Assembly (NCBI GenBank): GCA_041641295.1
Contig: JBEPYO010000001.1
Coordinates: 410,776-474,775 of the forward strand
Source: Nitrososphaerota archaeon
GTDB lineage: Archaea; Thermoproteota; Nitrososphaeria_A; Caldarchaeales; Calditenuaceae
DNA: 64,000 nucleotides
Direction: 5' to 3'
Both the position numbers and the translations under genes were made by a program. The notes under the pieces are model-generated. The model was not told the origin of the DNA. It ran no database searches and saw only the letters and a program-made list of their open reading frames with translations. Numbering within the stretch: the first letter of the stretch is position 1; every line of letters starts with the position of its first letter. Of the stretch, positions 39,157 through 48,554 are shown one piece after another.

Positions 39157-39808
39157 TACACCCGCAACCGACTGGGCCGTGTACGCCGATGACGTGTGTC
39201 AGCTCGATGTCTGAGGTGCTGCTGGGACCCGATATTATGGCTACTCCGCCGGGCCTAGACTGCCGAATTAGGCTCGCAAGATCACGGTAGTTTTGGAGGA
39301 TTTCACTCTCCTCCAAGAGAGCGACGGAGTACTCAGGTACTAGTGATGCGAGGTTCGACGCCCAGTCGTCGAATATTACGACGCCACCAGTCTCCAAGAT
39401 TCCAGCCTTGGCGCGGAAGACCCCTAGCGAATTGTTTCTATACTCTTCAATCTCCATCTCCACCCTATCTATCTCCAAAACCGTGTAGCCGCCCCTTCCC
39501 GCAAGCCCTGAGCGTATCCTTAACGCCAGCCCTTTAGAAAGCCCTCCCATGACAATTCTTCTCACACCCCAGCTAGAGGCCCAGTCGGCCAACACGTCTA
39601 CGAGAGCATCCACGCTATGGACGTGTACAACCTGAAACCCATTATTTCTACACCTCTCCAGAAACCCCTCCACCTCGAGTCTCGCTCCACGCTTAGCTAA
39701 CTTTGCTTCACGCTGCGAGTTGTTTCTCTCCGCCAACTGTTGCGGACTTGTCTTGGAAAGGATATATACCCTCCTCGCACTCAGTATACTTGCTATGAAG
39801 TTAGGCAT
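39128..39808 (-). CDS. LutC-like protein (LUD/DUF162 domain)
   Basis: 226 aa with a 29-nt overlap with the LutB-like gene. The start ATG at 39808 overlaps the divergent TIM-barrel gene by 14 nt, so the start is uncertain. Confidence 0.55.
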   Translation of the reverse strand: MPNFIASILSARRVYILSKTSPQQLAERNNSQREAKLAKRGARLEVEGFLERCRNNGFQVVHVHSVDALVDVLADWASSWGVRRIVMGGLSKGLALRIRSGLAGRGGYTVLEIDRVEMEIEEYRNNSLGVFRAKAGILETGGVVIFDDWASNLASLVPEYSVALLEESEILQNYRDLASLIRQSRPGGVAIISGPSSTSDIELTHVIGVHGPVGCGCIVAGVELDE

Positions 39809-40757
39809 TTTTACTGTCCTATATAATGAGGAGCCCCTCGAAAAGGTGTTGCGGTATGTCTCGGGCCTGGGTTATGAGGCTGTTGAACTTGCCGCCTGGC
39901 GCGGGAGCAATCACCTAAACATTGATAAGGTGTTGAATGGTGGTGCGCAGGAGGTTAAGAGGCTTGTGGAAAAATATAACATGACAATCTCGGGCATCTC
40001 CAACCACTTGGAGGGGCAGCTGATACTGGGGCCCCACGATTCCTCGACTGACGCCTTCTTCAAGGGCTCGCCAGAGGAGAAGATCAAGTATGGCATTGAG
40101 AGGATGAAGAAGACCGCGGAGGCTGCAAAGCTGCTGGATGTCAGTGTTGTGAACGGGTTTATAGGTTGTCCGAACTGGGGCGCATGGTATATCTTCCCAG
40201 CAGAGTATGAGAGGATCTACGAGAGCTACTTCACCCTATTCGCGGAGCGCTGGGGAGAGGTCCTAGACCATTTCGCAGCTAATGGGGTCAAGTTCGCCCA
40301 CGAGGTCCATCCCCAGGAGGTCGTCTACAACATCGAGACGGCCGAGCAGGCGATAAAGGTGTTAAACGGTAAGAGAGAGTTTGGATTCAATTTTGACCCA
40401 AGCCATCTCGTCTGGCAGCTTATAGATCCTGTGGTCTTCATCAAGAGGCTGGGTGACAGGATATACCATAGCCACGCGAAGGATGGAGAGCTTGTGAAGG
40501 AGAACCTCCCGGTCTCCGGCTCCATCCCTACAGGGTCTTGGACAAGGCCGACCAGGGGCTTCCGCTTCAGGATACCCGGCTGGGGCGACGTCCCGTGGAA
40601 GAGGGTGATAACAGCCCTAGCTGAAGTGGGCTACGACCACGTCTTGAGCTATGAGCATGAAGACCCAGTGATGAGTAGGGAGGACGGTGTTGAGAAGACC
40701 GCGGCCTTCCTAAAACCACTACTCATCAAGAAGCGGCTGGAGAAGGTCTGGTGGTAG
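39795..40757 (+). CDS. sugar phosphate isomerase/epimerase (xylose isomerase-like TIM barrel; IolE/IolI-like)
   Basis: Start set at the internal ATG (MKLGIFTVLYNEEPLEKVLRYVSGLGYEAVEL), the typical N-terminus of AP_endonuc_2 TIM-barrel proteins. Conserved metal-binding His/Glu/Asp residues are distributed along the barrel. Confidence 0.65.
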   Translation: MKLGIFTVLYNEEPLEKVLRYVSGLGYEAVELAAWRGSNHLNIDKVLNGGAQEVKRLVEKYNMTISGISNHLEGQLILGPHDSSTDAFFKGSPEEKIKYGIERMKKTAEAAKLLDVSVVNGFIGCPNWGAWYIFPAEYERIYESYFTLFAERWGEVLDHFAANGVKFAHEVHPQEVVYNIETAEQAIKVLNGKREFGFNFDPSHLVWQLIDPVVFIKRLGDRIYHSHAKDGELVKENLPVSGSIPTGSWTRPTRGFRFRIPGWGDVPWKRVITALAEVGYDHVLSYEHEDPVMSREDGVEKTAAFLKPLLIKKRLEKVWW

Positions 40758-40775
40758 TCGGGAGGGTGGTTAGGG

Positions 40776-41915
40776 ATGGTCAGGGAGATAGGCGTAGGCA
40801 TGCTGGGCTACGCCTTCATGGGCAAGGCTCACAGCAACGCCTTCATCAAGATGCCGAGGATGATGCAACAAGTCCCCGCCCTCCCCAAGCTCGTAGCAAT
40901 ATATGGACGGACTGAGCAGCAGGTGAAGGCAGCGGCTGAACGATTCGGATACAAGCGATACTACACCGACTGGCACAAGCTAGTACAGGACGCTGAAGTC
41001 GAGCTCGTTGACAACGGACTCCCAAACAACCTGCACAAAGACCCATGCATAGAAGCTGCCGAACGCGGCAAGCACATCCTCTGCGAAAAACCACTGGCCA
41101 TGAATGCGAAGGAGGCTGAGGAGATGTACCGGGCGGTGGAGAAGGCGGGCGTCAAACACATGGTAGCCTTCAACTACAGGTTCGTCCCCGCAATCGTGCT
41201 CGCTAAACGCCTGATCGAGAGGGGCGTGATAGGTAAGGTCCTACAGTTCCGGGGAGCCTACCTCCAAGACTGGATAATGGACCCGTCATTCCCCCTAGTC
41301 TGGAGGCTTAGACGAGAGGTGGCTGGCAGCGGCGCGCTCGGCGACCTCGGCTCCCACGTGTTTGACTTGGCGCGCTATCTGGTGGGTGAGGTTGAGGCGG
41401 TTATGGGGCTGACCAAGACCTTCATTGAAGAGAGACCACTCCCCGAGAATCCCTCGCAAAAGGGCAGGGTTACTGTGGACGACGCCTTCATATCCCTCGT
41501 CAAGTTCAAGAATGGCGCTATCGGTTCTGTGGAGGCGACCCGGTTCGGGGCAGGCTGCAAGAACCTCCTAAGGGTTGAGATCCACGGCTCGGAGGGGACG
41601 CTCGTATTCAACTTGGAGAGGCTCAACGAGCTTGAGCTGTTCGAGAGGAGGGGTGATGCCGAGACGCAGGGGTACCGGAGAATACTTGTCACAGAGCCCG
41701 CCCACCCCTACATCGCCAACTGGTGGCCCCCGGGACACATAATTGGCTGGGAGCACACCTTCGTCCACGAAATACACCACTTCCTCGACTGCATAGTGAA
41801 TGATAAGCCAGTCGCACCGATGGGCGCCACATTCCTCGACGGTCTCAAGAACAATCAGATACTAGACGCTGTCTTGAGGTCTGCGGAGACTGGGCGCTGG
41901 GAGCAGATACCCTAA
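40776..41915 (+). CDS. Gfo/Idh/MocA-family oxidoreductase (inositol/sugar dehydrogenase-like)
   Basis: Rossmann GVGMLGYAFMGKAH, the EKPL motif CEKPL and a C-terminal dimerisation domain. 379 aa. Confidence 0.75.
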   Translation: MVREIGVGMLGYAFMGKAHSNAFIKMPRMMQQVPALPKLVAIYGRTEQQVKAAAERFGYKRYYTDWHKLVQDAEVELVDNGLPNNLHKDPCIEAAERGKHILCEKPLAMNAKEAEEMYRAVEKAGVKHMVAFNYRFVPAIVLAKRLIERGVIGKVLQFRGAYLQDWIMDPSFPLVWRLRREVAGSGALGDLGSHVFDLARYLVGEVEAVMGLTKTFIEERPLPENPSQKGRVTVDDAFISLVKFKNGAIGSVEATRFGAGCKNLLRVEIHGSEGTLVFNLERLNELELFERRGDAETQGYRRILVTEPAHPYIANWWPPGHIIGWEHTFVHEIHHFLDCIVNDKPVAPMGATFLDGLKNNQILDAVLRSAETGRWEQIP

Positions 41916-41928
41916 AAGCGTTTATCTA

Positions 41929-42630
41929 TTATCTGTCCTGATAGGATAGGCCTAGCGCGCTTCGGAGGAGTTGCTGGCTCTCCGCCAAGCGGTCACGCCC
42001 AATGATCGCTTTTATCTCTCCCGCCTCCATAAGTGCTAGCTTGTCTGCTAGCTCGAAGACTAGGGCCGGATTCTGTTCTGCAATTATGGCTGACGCGCCC
42101 TGACTGGTGAGTTGCTTAACAGCCTCTACCATCCGCCGGATTATAGGTGGAGCAAGCCCTGTGGCAGGCTCATCCATCACCAAGAGCTTTGGCCTGGAGG
42201 CTATGGCTCGCGCTACCGCAAGTATCTGCTGTTCACCACCGCTGAGCTTGCCTCCCTTCCTATCTCTGAGGGGCTCTAGCTCGGGGAATAGCTTGAAGGC
42301 CTCTTTCAAGATCTCTCCGTTTAATCCCTCCGCTATCCGGAGATTCTCCTCGACGGTCAGCCTAGCGAATACCCCCCTGTCTTGGGGGACATATCCCACA
42401 CCCATCCGCGCTATCGCGTGGGGGCTCCAGCCCGTGACATCATGGCCGTCTATCACTACCCTTCCGCTCATAGGTCTTATGTGTCCTACGACCGTCTTCA
42501 GCAGTGTCGTCTTACCAACCCCGTTTCTACCCATAACAAACAGCACCTCACCCTTCTCTACCTTGAGGGAGATGCCTCTCACAATCTTGAGCCCGTAGTA
42601 TCCTGACACCAGTCCACTTATCTCCAGCAT
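41929..42630 (-). CDS. livF: branched-chain amino acid ABC transporter ATP-binding protein LivF-like
   Basis: Walker A GRNGVGKTT, signature LSGGEQQ and Walker B LLVMDEP. Confidence 0.85.
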   Translation of the reverse strand: MLEISGLVSGYYGLKIVRGISLKVEKGEVLFVMGRNGVGKTTLLKTVVGHIRPMSGRVVIDGHDVTGWSPHAIARMGVGYVPQDRGVFARLTVEENLRIAEGLNGEILKEAFKLFPELEPLRDRKGGKLSGGEQQILAVARAIASRPKLLVMDEPATGLAPPIIRRMVEAVKQLTSQGASAIIAEQNPALVFELADKLALMEAGEIKAIIGRDRLAESQQLLRSALGLSYQDR

Positions 42631-43346
42631 CAGGACCCCCCTCTCAGATACACCTCTTCAATCTTCTCAGTAACCCAACTGTCCCTTGCGTTGCCAAGCG
42701 CCACAATCCTTCCACGACTCATGATAGCGATCCTCGATGAGAGCGAGACCACGAAATCGACTCTATGGTCGATGATGATTATCGCCAGCCTCTCCGCCAA
42801 GCCTCTAAGGATCTCTACGAGGGTGTGCACCTCTAGACCGGTTAGGCCTTGGGTAGGCTCATCCATCACCAGCAACCGCGGCCGCGAGATGAGGGCCATG
42901 CTTATCTCTAATAGCCTTATTTGGCCGTGAGAGAGTTGGGAGGCTTTAAGTTCCAATACTGGTTGGAGGCCTAGTAAGTCCGCCGTTTCGATTATCCGCT
43001 GCCTAACGTCCTTGCCGGAGGTGTGGAGGGCGGCTAGTTCGAGGTTCTCGTAGACTGTGAGCGAGGGGAAGGACCGCGGTATTTGGTGGGTGTTGGCTAT
43101 TCCTAGGCGGGCTCTTTTCCTCACGGGGAGACCGGTAATCTCTCTGCCTAGGAAGAATATTCTGCCGCTGTCGGGCTTGAGGGAGCCTACAATGACACCG
43201 GCTAAGGTGGATTTGCCCGCACCGTTTGGACCTATTATTCCGAGGATCCCTGTATCACCTACCTCGAGGGAGACCCCCGCCAGGGCCTGGACACCGTCAA
43301 AGGACTTTGAGATATCTTGGAGTGAGAGTAGGGGTCTAGGCTGCAC
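42630..43346 (-). CDS. livG: branched-chain amino acid ABC transporter ATP-binding protein LivG-like
   Basis: Walker A GPNGAGKST, signature LSHGQIR and Walker B LLVMDEP. Confidence 0.85.
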   Translation of the reverse strand: MQPRPLLSLQDISKSFDGVQALAGVSLEVGDTGILGIIGPNGAGKSTLAGVIVGSLKPDSGRIFFLGREITGLPVRKRARLGIANTHQIPRSFPSLTVYENLELAALHTSGKDVRQRIIETADLLGLQPVLELKASQLSHGQIRLLEISMALISRPRLLVMDEPTQGLTGLEVHTLVEILRGLAERLAIIIIDHRVDFVVSLSSRIAIMSRGRIVALGNARDSWVTEKIEEVYLRGGS

Positions 43347-44295
43347 GGCTCCTCCACCTTCCCAGTATTTGGTAGGCCCACCGCAGCCTCCCTGTCGCGA
43401 GGGCGAAGGCTACAAGCCCGGCCCCAACAACCAGCACATGCCCCCTCAGGAGGCCTCGCGCAGTGTCCGCCAACAGGTTCACCAAGAGGCTTCCGAGAAA
43501 AGGCCCGAACTCCACGTAGGGGCCGCCCACGAGCACCCATAGGACAGGCTCCACGGAGTTGAGGACTCCAGCATATCCAGCCCCGACATAGCTGTATAGG
43601 AGTGCTAGGAGGGAGCCTGAGGCACCGGATAGGGCGCCAGAGATCGAGAAGGCTAGGAGTTTGAGGATGGAGGTGTTGTAGCCGAGGCTCTCCAGCTTCT
43701 CCTCGTCATCTCTAACAGCCAGCAACATGCGGCCCAGGCGTGAGGAGGAGAGGATGGTTATACCTGCTACCACGACAGTTAGTGCAATTAGTGAGACCAT
43801 GTAGCGGGCGTCCAGCTCGGAGAGTAAGGGTTTGAGGGCTCCTGTGATGGTGGCCTCGCCTCTCAGGACCAGCCCCTGCTCACCCCCAGTTATCTCGTTA
43901 AAGTGCAGTGCGACTAGGTAGAGCGCCTGTGACGCGAGAAGGGTCCCTATCATCAGGTAGGCTCCGCCGACACGCATAGCGAGTACGCCCAAAAGCATGG
44001 AGAGGAGCACCGAGGATGCGACACCAACAGCCAGTGCCACGAAGGGGTCTGGCGAGATGTAGTAGGCGTAGAGGCCAGCGCCGTACATGCCGGCTGCGAA
44101 TAGAGCCGCATGCCCCAGACTCATGATGCCAACCATCTGGAAACACACGGCATAGCCGTAGGAGTAGATGGACAGTATCATGATTCGGGCTACCAAGGCT
44201 TTTTGATACTCTGGAAGGAATGGGTAGGCTACTGCTAGGATTATCGGGATTGTGAGCGATGCTATAATTGTGGGCCGCGGCCTCAATACCTCCAC
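43336..44295 (-). CDS. livM: branched-chain amino acid ABC transporter permease LivM-like
   Basis: 319-aa polytopic permease of the BPD_transp_2 family. Confidence 0.8.
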   Translation of the reverse strand: MEVLRPRPTIIASLTIPIILAVAYPFLPEYQKALVARIMILSIYSYGYAVCFQMVGIMSLGHAALFAAGMYGAGLYAYYISPDPFVALAVGVASSVLLSMLLGVLAMRVGGAYLMIGTLLASQALYLVALHFNEITGGEQGLVLRGEATITGALKPLLSELDARYMVSLIALTVVVAGITILSSSRLGRMLLAVRDDEEKLESLGYNTSILKLLAFSISGALSGASGSLLALLYSYVGAGYAGVLNSVEPVLWVLVGGPYVEFGPFLGSLLVNLLADTARGLLRGHVLVVGAGLVAFALATGRLRWAYQILGRWRSRAA

Positions 44296-45152
44296 ACCCC
44301 CCTAATCGAGCCGAGCCTCCTAGCTACGACGTATATCAGGGCCAGAGTCAGTGTAAGGACCCTTGCCACTGTAGGCGCGAGGAAGAGGGCAGCGAGACTC
44401 TCTAGCAGGCCCAGCCCAACACCTGCCGCAATAGTCCCGCCAATCCTACCCACACCCCCCAAAACCACAACAACAAACGACACGGCAAGGGCGTCAAACC
44501 CCATGAGGAAGTGTATCTGCCTGAAGGGTGAGGTTAGAGCACCGGCAAACCCCACTAATGAGCCGGCCAGGGCGAAGCCAATCAAAAACACCTTGCTAGT
44601 GTCTATGCCTAGAGACTCTGCCATCAGCCTGTTCTCCTGAGCAGCCCGCAGAAGGGGGCCAATCCTACTCCGCTCAACACCAAGCCAGACGAGGAGACAG
44701 GCCATAAGCGAGAATAGGCCTGCGAAGAGCTTGAAGCCCGAGTAGCTGAAGCCAGAAAACTCTATGATGGGGTTAAAGGGGGGTGAGATCGAGCGCGGAG
44801 CAGGCCCCAGTATGGCTAAGCCCAGTTGCTGAAGGATGAGGAGGAGTCCAAAGGTTGCGAGAACCGTTTGGCCGGGCTCATGCCCAAACCTCTGGAGAAT
44901 GAACATGTTTATAGCAACGGCCAGCCCCCCGACAAGAAGGGGGGCCGCGACCAAAGCAGAGGCATATGGGAGAGCAGCCTGTACCATGAGCCAGCTTATC
45001 ATCGCACCGAGCATGTATAGCTCGCCATGGGTCAGATTCACGACATTCATTATACCGAAGACGATAGCAAGTCCGAGGGCTATGAACGCCATAACTGAGC
45101 CGTTGACTAGGCCATCAACTACCGCCAGCCCCAGATGCTCTAGAGGGAGCAA
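44283..45152 (-). CDS. livH: branched-chain amino acid ABC transporter permease LivH-like
   Basis: 289-aa polytopic permease of the BPD_transp_2 family. Confidence 0.8.
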   Translation of the reverse strand: MLPLEHLGLAVVDGLVNGSVMAFIALGLAIVFGIMNVVNLTHGELYMLGAMISWLMVQAALPYASALVAAPLLVGGLAVAINMFILQRFGHEPGQTVLATFGLLLILQQLGLAILGPAPRSISPPFNPIIEFSGFSYSGFKLFAGLFSLMACLLVWLGVERSRIGPLLRAAQENRLMAESLGIDTSKVFLIGFALAGSLVGFAGALTSPFRQIHFLMGFDALAVSFVVVVLGGVGRIGGTIAAGVGLGLLESLAALFLAPTVARVLTLTLALIYVVARRLGSIRGVWRY

Positions 45153-45154
45153 TT

Positions 45155-46471
45155 CTAGAACAACGGCTGCTTAGTATAATCGTTCGGATGCTCGTAGAAT
45201 GAATCTTCTATCTCAGTCCTGTGGACAACCACTAGTCTGCCATTTCTCACAACCGATATGAACTGATGCCCAAATGACTGGTGTAGTTTGCCGTTGAAAC
45301 GCTTGTCTCCTTGTGGGTGCCACAGACCCTCATTGAACCAATCCATAGACTCGAGCGTCTTGATAAAGGCCTCATAGTCGCTGCGAGTCGGCTCGCTGTA
45401 GCCGCTCTGCTCCACAGCCTCCTTAATTACGAAGAGGGTCTCCCAGACCCCAAACATGTGGCTAAATGCGGAGACTCGAGAAGGATCTGACTTGTCGGCG
45501 CCACTTTCGTCAACACCAACCGACTCCCTATAGAACCTTGCATAGGGGGTGTCGTAGCCGTCAGCATACCTTGGAAAAGCCTCCCAGAAATAAGTCCCCT
45601 CAAGATACTCCAACCCTGGAGCGGAGAGTGGAACAGCCTCAATGCTGTCTATAAATCCGAACAACTCAGGCCTATCACGCCCAAGATAGACCCCAAGCTC
45701 CCTGATAAAAGTAAGCACGTCGCCAACCATCACATGGTAAAGCACATCAATATCTCTCGGAATCCGGGTGAAGTATTTCGTAAAGCTGGTCTCACCCGGC
45801 GGGATGGGAATCTTCTCAACAATCCTCGCACCATACCTCTCCGCCGCCTTGGTGAGGGCATCCCTATGATCATGCCCAAACGCATAGTCAGGGTAGATCA
45901 TCGCGACCCTCTTCCCCAGGTTCTCGAAGATCCACTTAGCCACGGCAGTCACTTGGCCAGGGACATCTGTTATTCCTGGCTGGAAGCACCACCTATTCAG
46001 CTTGCCGAAAGGTACATGGGTTCCCTCACTGACTGCGAAGTAGGGTCTCTTAAGCTCGCCAGCCCTAGGGCCGGATGCAAGCACCACGTCCGAGAAGAGG
46101 GCCCCGAGGATGAAGTCTACATTGTGGGCTAGCACAAGCCTCTCGACGACCTGCGCACCCTTGGCGGGACTTGTCTCGTCATCCTCAGCTATGAGTTCAA
46201 CTGGCCGCCCAGCTATCCCGCCGATCTTGTTTATGTAGGAGACAGCGGCGTTGGCCACCCTCTCATACCAGAAACCGTATGGTGCCCCGATCCCAGTTCT
46301 GTGTACTTGGAACCCGATCTTGATGGGTTTCACACCTGGTTCGCGTCCCTGTGGAGGCTGCGCTCCGATTGAGCTGCCTGACAAGTATCCGGCAACAGCC
46401 CCTAGACCTGCCGCACCAGCGGCGATAATACCGGTCTTTAATAGACTTGAGAGAGCCCGCCGTCGATCCAT
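45155..46471 (-). CDS. livJ: periplasmic-binding-protein type I substrate-binding protein (LivJ/K-like)
   Basis: 438 aa. N-terminal signal/TM segment LKTGIIAAGAAGLGAVAGYL and a Peripla_BP_6-like fold. It is first in the liv-type operon. Confidence 0.75.
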   Translation of the reverse strand: MDRRRALSSLLKTGIIAAGAAGLGAVAGYLSGSSIGAQPPQGREPGVKPIKIGFQVHRTGIGAPYGFWYERVANAAVSYINKIGGIAGRPVELIAEDDETSPAKGAQVVERLVLAHNVDFILGALFSDVVLASGPRAGELKRPYFAVSEGTHVPFGKLNRWCFQPGITDVPGQVTAVAKWIFENLGKRVAMIYPDYAFGHDHRDALTKAAERYGARIVEKIPIPPGETSFTKYFTRIPRDIDVLYHVMVGDVLTFIRELGVYLGRDRPELFGFIDSIEAVPLSAPGLEYLEGTYFWEAFPRYADGYDTPYARFYRESVGVDESGADKSDPSRVSAFSHMFGVWETLFVIKEAVEQSGYSEPTRSDYEAFIKTLESMDWFNEGLWHPQGDKRFNGKLHQSFGHQFISVVRNGRLVVVHRTEIEDSFYEHPNDYTKQPLF

Positions 46472-46610
46472 TTCCAGCGAAGTAGGTTATAGCCCCTCGT
46501 TTTATAGCTAACGAAACTGGCAAAAAATGATTCAAAACATCGCTCAGCTGTAATATTGCCGGAATGCCCAAAATTGATAAGCCTCCCTAAGAATATAATG
46601 TCAGGACGAC

Positions 46611-47645
46611 ATGGAGATCATAGTTAAGGTCTCTGGGCGTAGCATCGGAGTTAGGCGCGAGGTGGAAGAAGTTCTGAAGGACAGGCTACAGGGTGTTAAG
46701 GTTTGTGAATCTCTAGACGATGTCAGACTCGAGAAAGGTGACGTACTTGTAGTCGTTGGTGACGATAGAGATATTCTTCAGACTCTCCACACAGTTAGCG
46801 ATAGAGAGGTGAGGGTCTTAGCAGTCAGCCGCGAGGCTACGCGAGGATTCCTATCACAGGTGATGCTTGACGAACTCCCAAGCGCCTTGGAAAGGATTGA
46901 GAAGGGGCAGTTCATGACAGAGAGTCTAACCGCGTTAAGAGTGACGATCGACGACCAAAACCTTGCCATAGCCGTAAACGAGGCAGCACTCTTCTCGCAG
47001 ATAAGCGCTACACTTGTGGAGTATAGCCTTTATGTGGATGGAGAGCTCCTCTGGCGCGACTTGGCCGATGGCTTAATCGTCTCCACCCCCCTAGGCTCAA
47101 GCGGATACTCACTCTCAGCGGGAGGACCCTTGATACACCATGCAGCCAAGGCCCTAGCTATTGTACCCGTAAACTCGATAGACATGACGCGTAGACCCCT
47201 AATCGTCAGCGACCAGTCAGCCATATCTGTGGAGAGCGTCTCGTCGCGGGGCGGGGCGGAGGTCATAGTTGACGGGCTTCTCCGCGTCCCTGTCGAGGAG
47301 AGCCTCACGATCAAGGCCTATGAGCCGCCCATCAAATTCATCAGGCTTAACGGCCCTTCCCCCATATTCAGCAAGATTGAGAAGAAGATACATCTGGCGG
47401 AGGAGCTGTTAGACACGCCACCGTCAGCGAAACTCATACTAAAGACAATAGAGTATGAAGGGCCTCTCACCTATTCCCAGCTCCTCAAAAAGACTATGCT
47501 ACCCGAGAGGACCCTCCGCCACGCACTTAACATACTGGTCTCGAAGAGGCTTCTCGCTCGTAGACCACTCACAAGAGATGCGAGACAGAAGATATATTAT
47601 ATTCCCGAGAGTAATCGTATTGGAGAACCGAAAACAACGGAGTGA
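46611..47645 (+). CDS. NAD kinase-like protein with a degenerate GGDG motif fused to a C-terminal winged-helix DNA-binding domain
   Basis: DGLIVSTPLGSSGYSLSAGGP matches the NADK motif DGxxxxTPxGSTAYSxSAGGP. The position of the catalytic GGDGT reads VVVGDDRD instead. The C-terminal ~90 aa (LILKTIEYEGPLTYSQLLKKTMLPERTLRHALNILVSKRLLARR) is wHTH-like. Confidence 0.55.
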   Translation: MEIIVKVSGRSIGVRREVEEVLKDRLQGVKVCESLDDVRLEKGDVLVVVGDDRDILQTLHTVSDREVRVLAVSREATRGFLSQVMLDELPSALERIEKGQFMTESLTALRVTIDDQNLAIAVNEAALFSQISATLVEYSLYVDGELLWRDLADGLIVSTPLGSSGYSLSAGGPLIHHAAKALAIVPVNSIDMTRRPLIVSDQSAISVESVSSRGGAEVIVDGLLRVPVEESLTIKAYEPPIKFIRLNGPSPIFSKIEKKIHLAEELLDTPPSAKLILKTIEYEGPLTYSQLLKKTMLPERTLRHALNILVSKRLLARRPLTRDARQKIYYIPESNRIGEPKTTE

Positions 47646-47652
47646 ATAGGTA

Positions 47653-48159
47653 TTGGATGTTGGGCTGGGAGATCTTGCGGCGAGACAGGAGGGTCTAAAG
47701 GCCTTCATGAGGCTATACCCTCAGGGCGTGACGGTTGTCACCACAAGGGTAGGCGGACTTGCATACGGCATTACTGTCAGCTCCTTCACCTCAGTCTCCT
47801 TAAATCCACCCCTCGTCATGATAGCCGTTGACAGGTCGGCAAACTCCTACAAAGCCTTCAGAGAGGCAGAAATATTCGCGATACATCTCCTCTCAAGCGG
47901 GCAGGCAGAGTTAAGTGAGATTTTTGCCGGCAGGAAGAAGACCCGCGATAAGTTTGAGGGCGTGGATTATGAGGAGGGGCCCGAGAAAGTCCCAATCCTC
48001 CGCGACACTCCAGCCTACATGATCTGTAGGAGGTATAGGATTTACGAGGCTGGAGACCACGACCTGATACTCTGTGAGGTTTTAAGCGTTGCTATAAGAA
48101 TGCCGGATTCAAAGCCGCTAGTATATAGGAATAGGACCTATACCACTGTTGCCAACTGA
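47653..48159 (+). CDS. flavin reductase-like FMN-binding domain protein
   Basis: 168 aa. The Flavin_Reduct-type split-barrel pattern includes YPQGVTVVTT, SFTSVSLNPPLVMIAVDRS and DHDLILCEV. Confidence 0.65.
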   Translation: MDVGLGDLAARQEGLKAFMRLYPQGVTVVTTRVGGLAYGITVSSFTSVSLNPPLVMIAVDRSANSYKAFREAEIFAIHLLSSGQAELSEIFAGRKKTRDKFEGVDYEEGPEKVPILRDTPAYMICRRYRIYEAGDHDLILCEVLSVAIRMPDSKPLVYRNRTYTTVAN

Positions 48160-48281
48160 GGTAAAGGCTAAATCAACGCTTAGGAAATCTTCTTGACGTG
48201 ATGAAACCGACCTGCGCTGAGGGCTATCTGCCCGGTGAAGAGCATGTCTCCTCTCTGAGAGTTTTAGGGGTGTAGTTCGGC

Positions 48282-48554
48282 TTGATCGTCCAACTCTACG
48301 GACACCTCCGCACAGAGGTGAAGGACCGGCTCATCGAAGTCAGGCTAGGTGAGAGGAAGCCGCTTAAAGCCGCTCTAAAACTCCTACCCGAGACAGTAAG
48401 GCGCCAAGTCCTTGATGAGGGCGGGGAAATAAGACCAGGGTTCCTAATTCTCGTAAACGACGTGGATGCGCGCTCAGTCTACCGGTATGAGGTGGAGGTA
48501 TCGGATGATGACAGGGTCACTATTGTGCCGATGATCCATGGCGGCTGTAATTAG
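48282..48554 (+). CDS. MoaD/ThiS/SAMP-like ubiquitin-fold protein (diglycine followed by two extra residues)
   Basis: 90 aa. The beta-grasp-like sequence ends ...TIVPMIHGG-CN, and its 3' end overlaps the Cgi121 gene by 17 nt. Confidence 0.45.
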   Translation: MIVQLYGHLRTEVKDRLIEVRLGERKPLKAALKLLPETVRRQVLDEGGEIRPGFLILVNDVDARSVYRYEVEVSDDDRVTIVPMIHGGCN

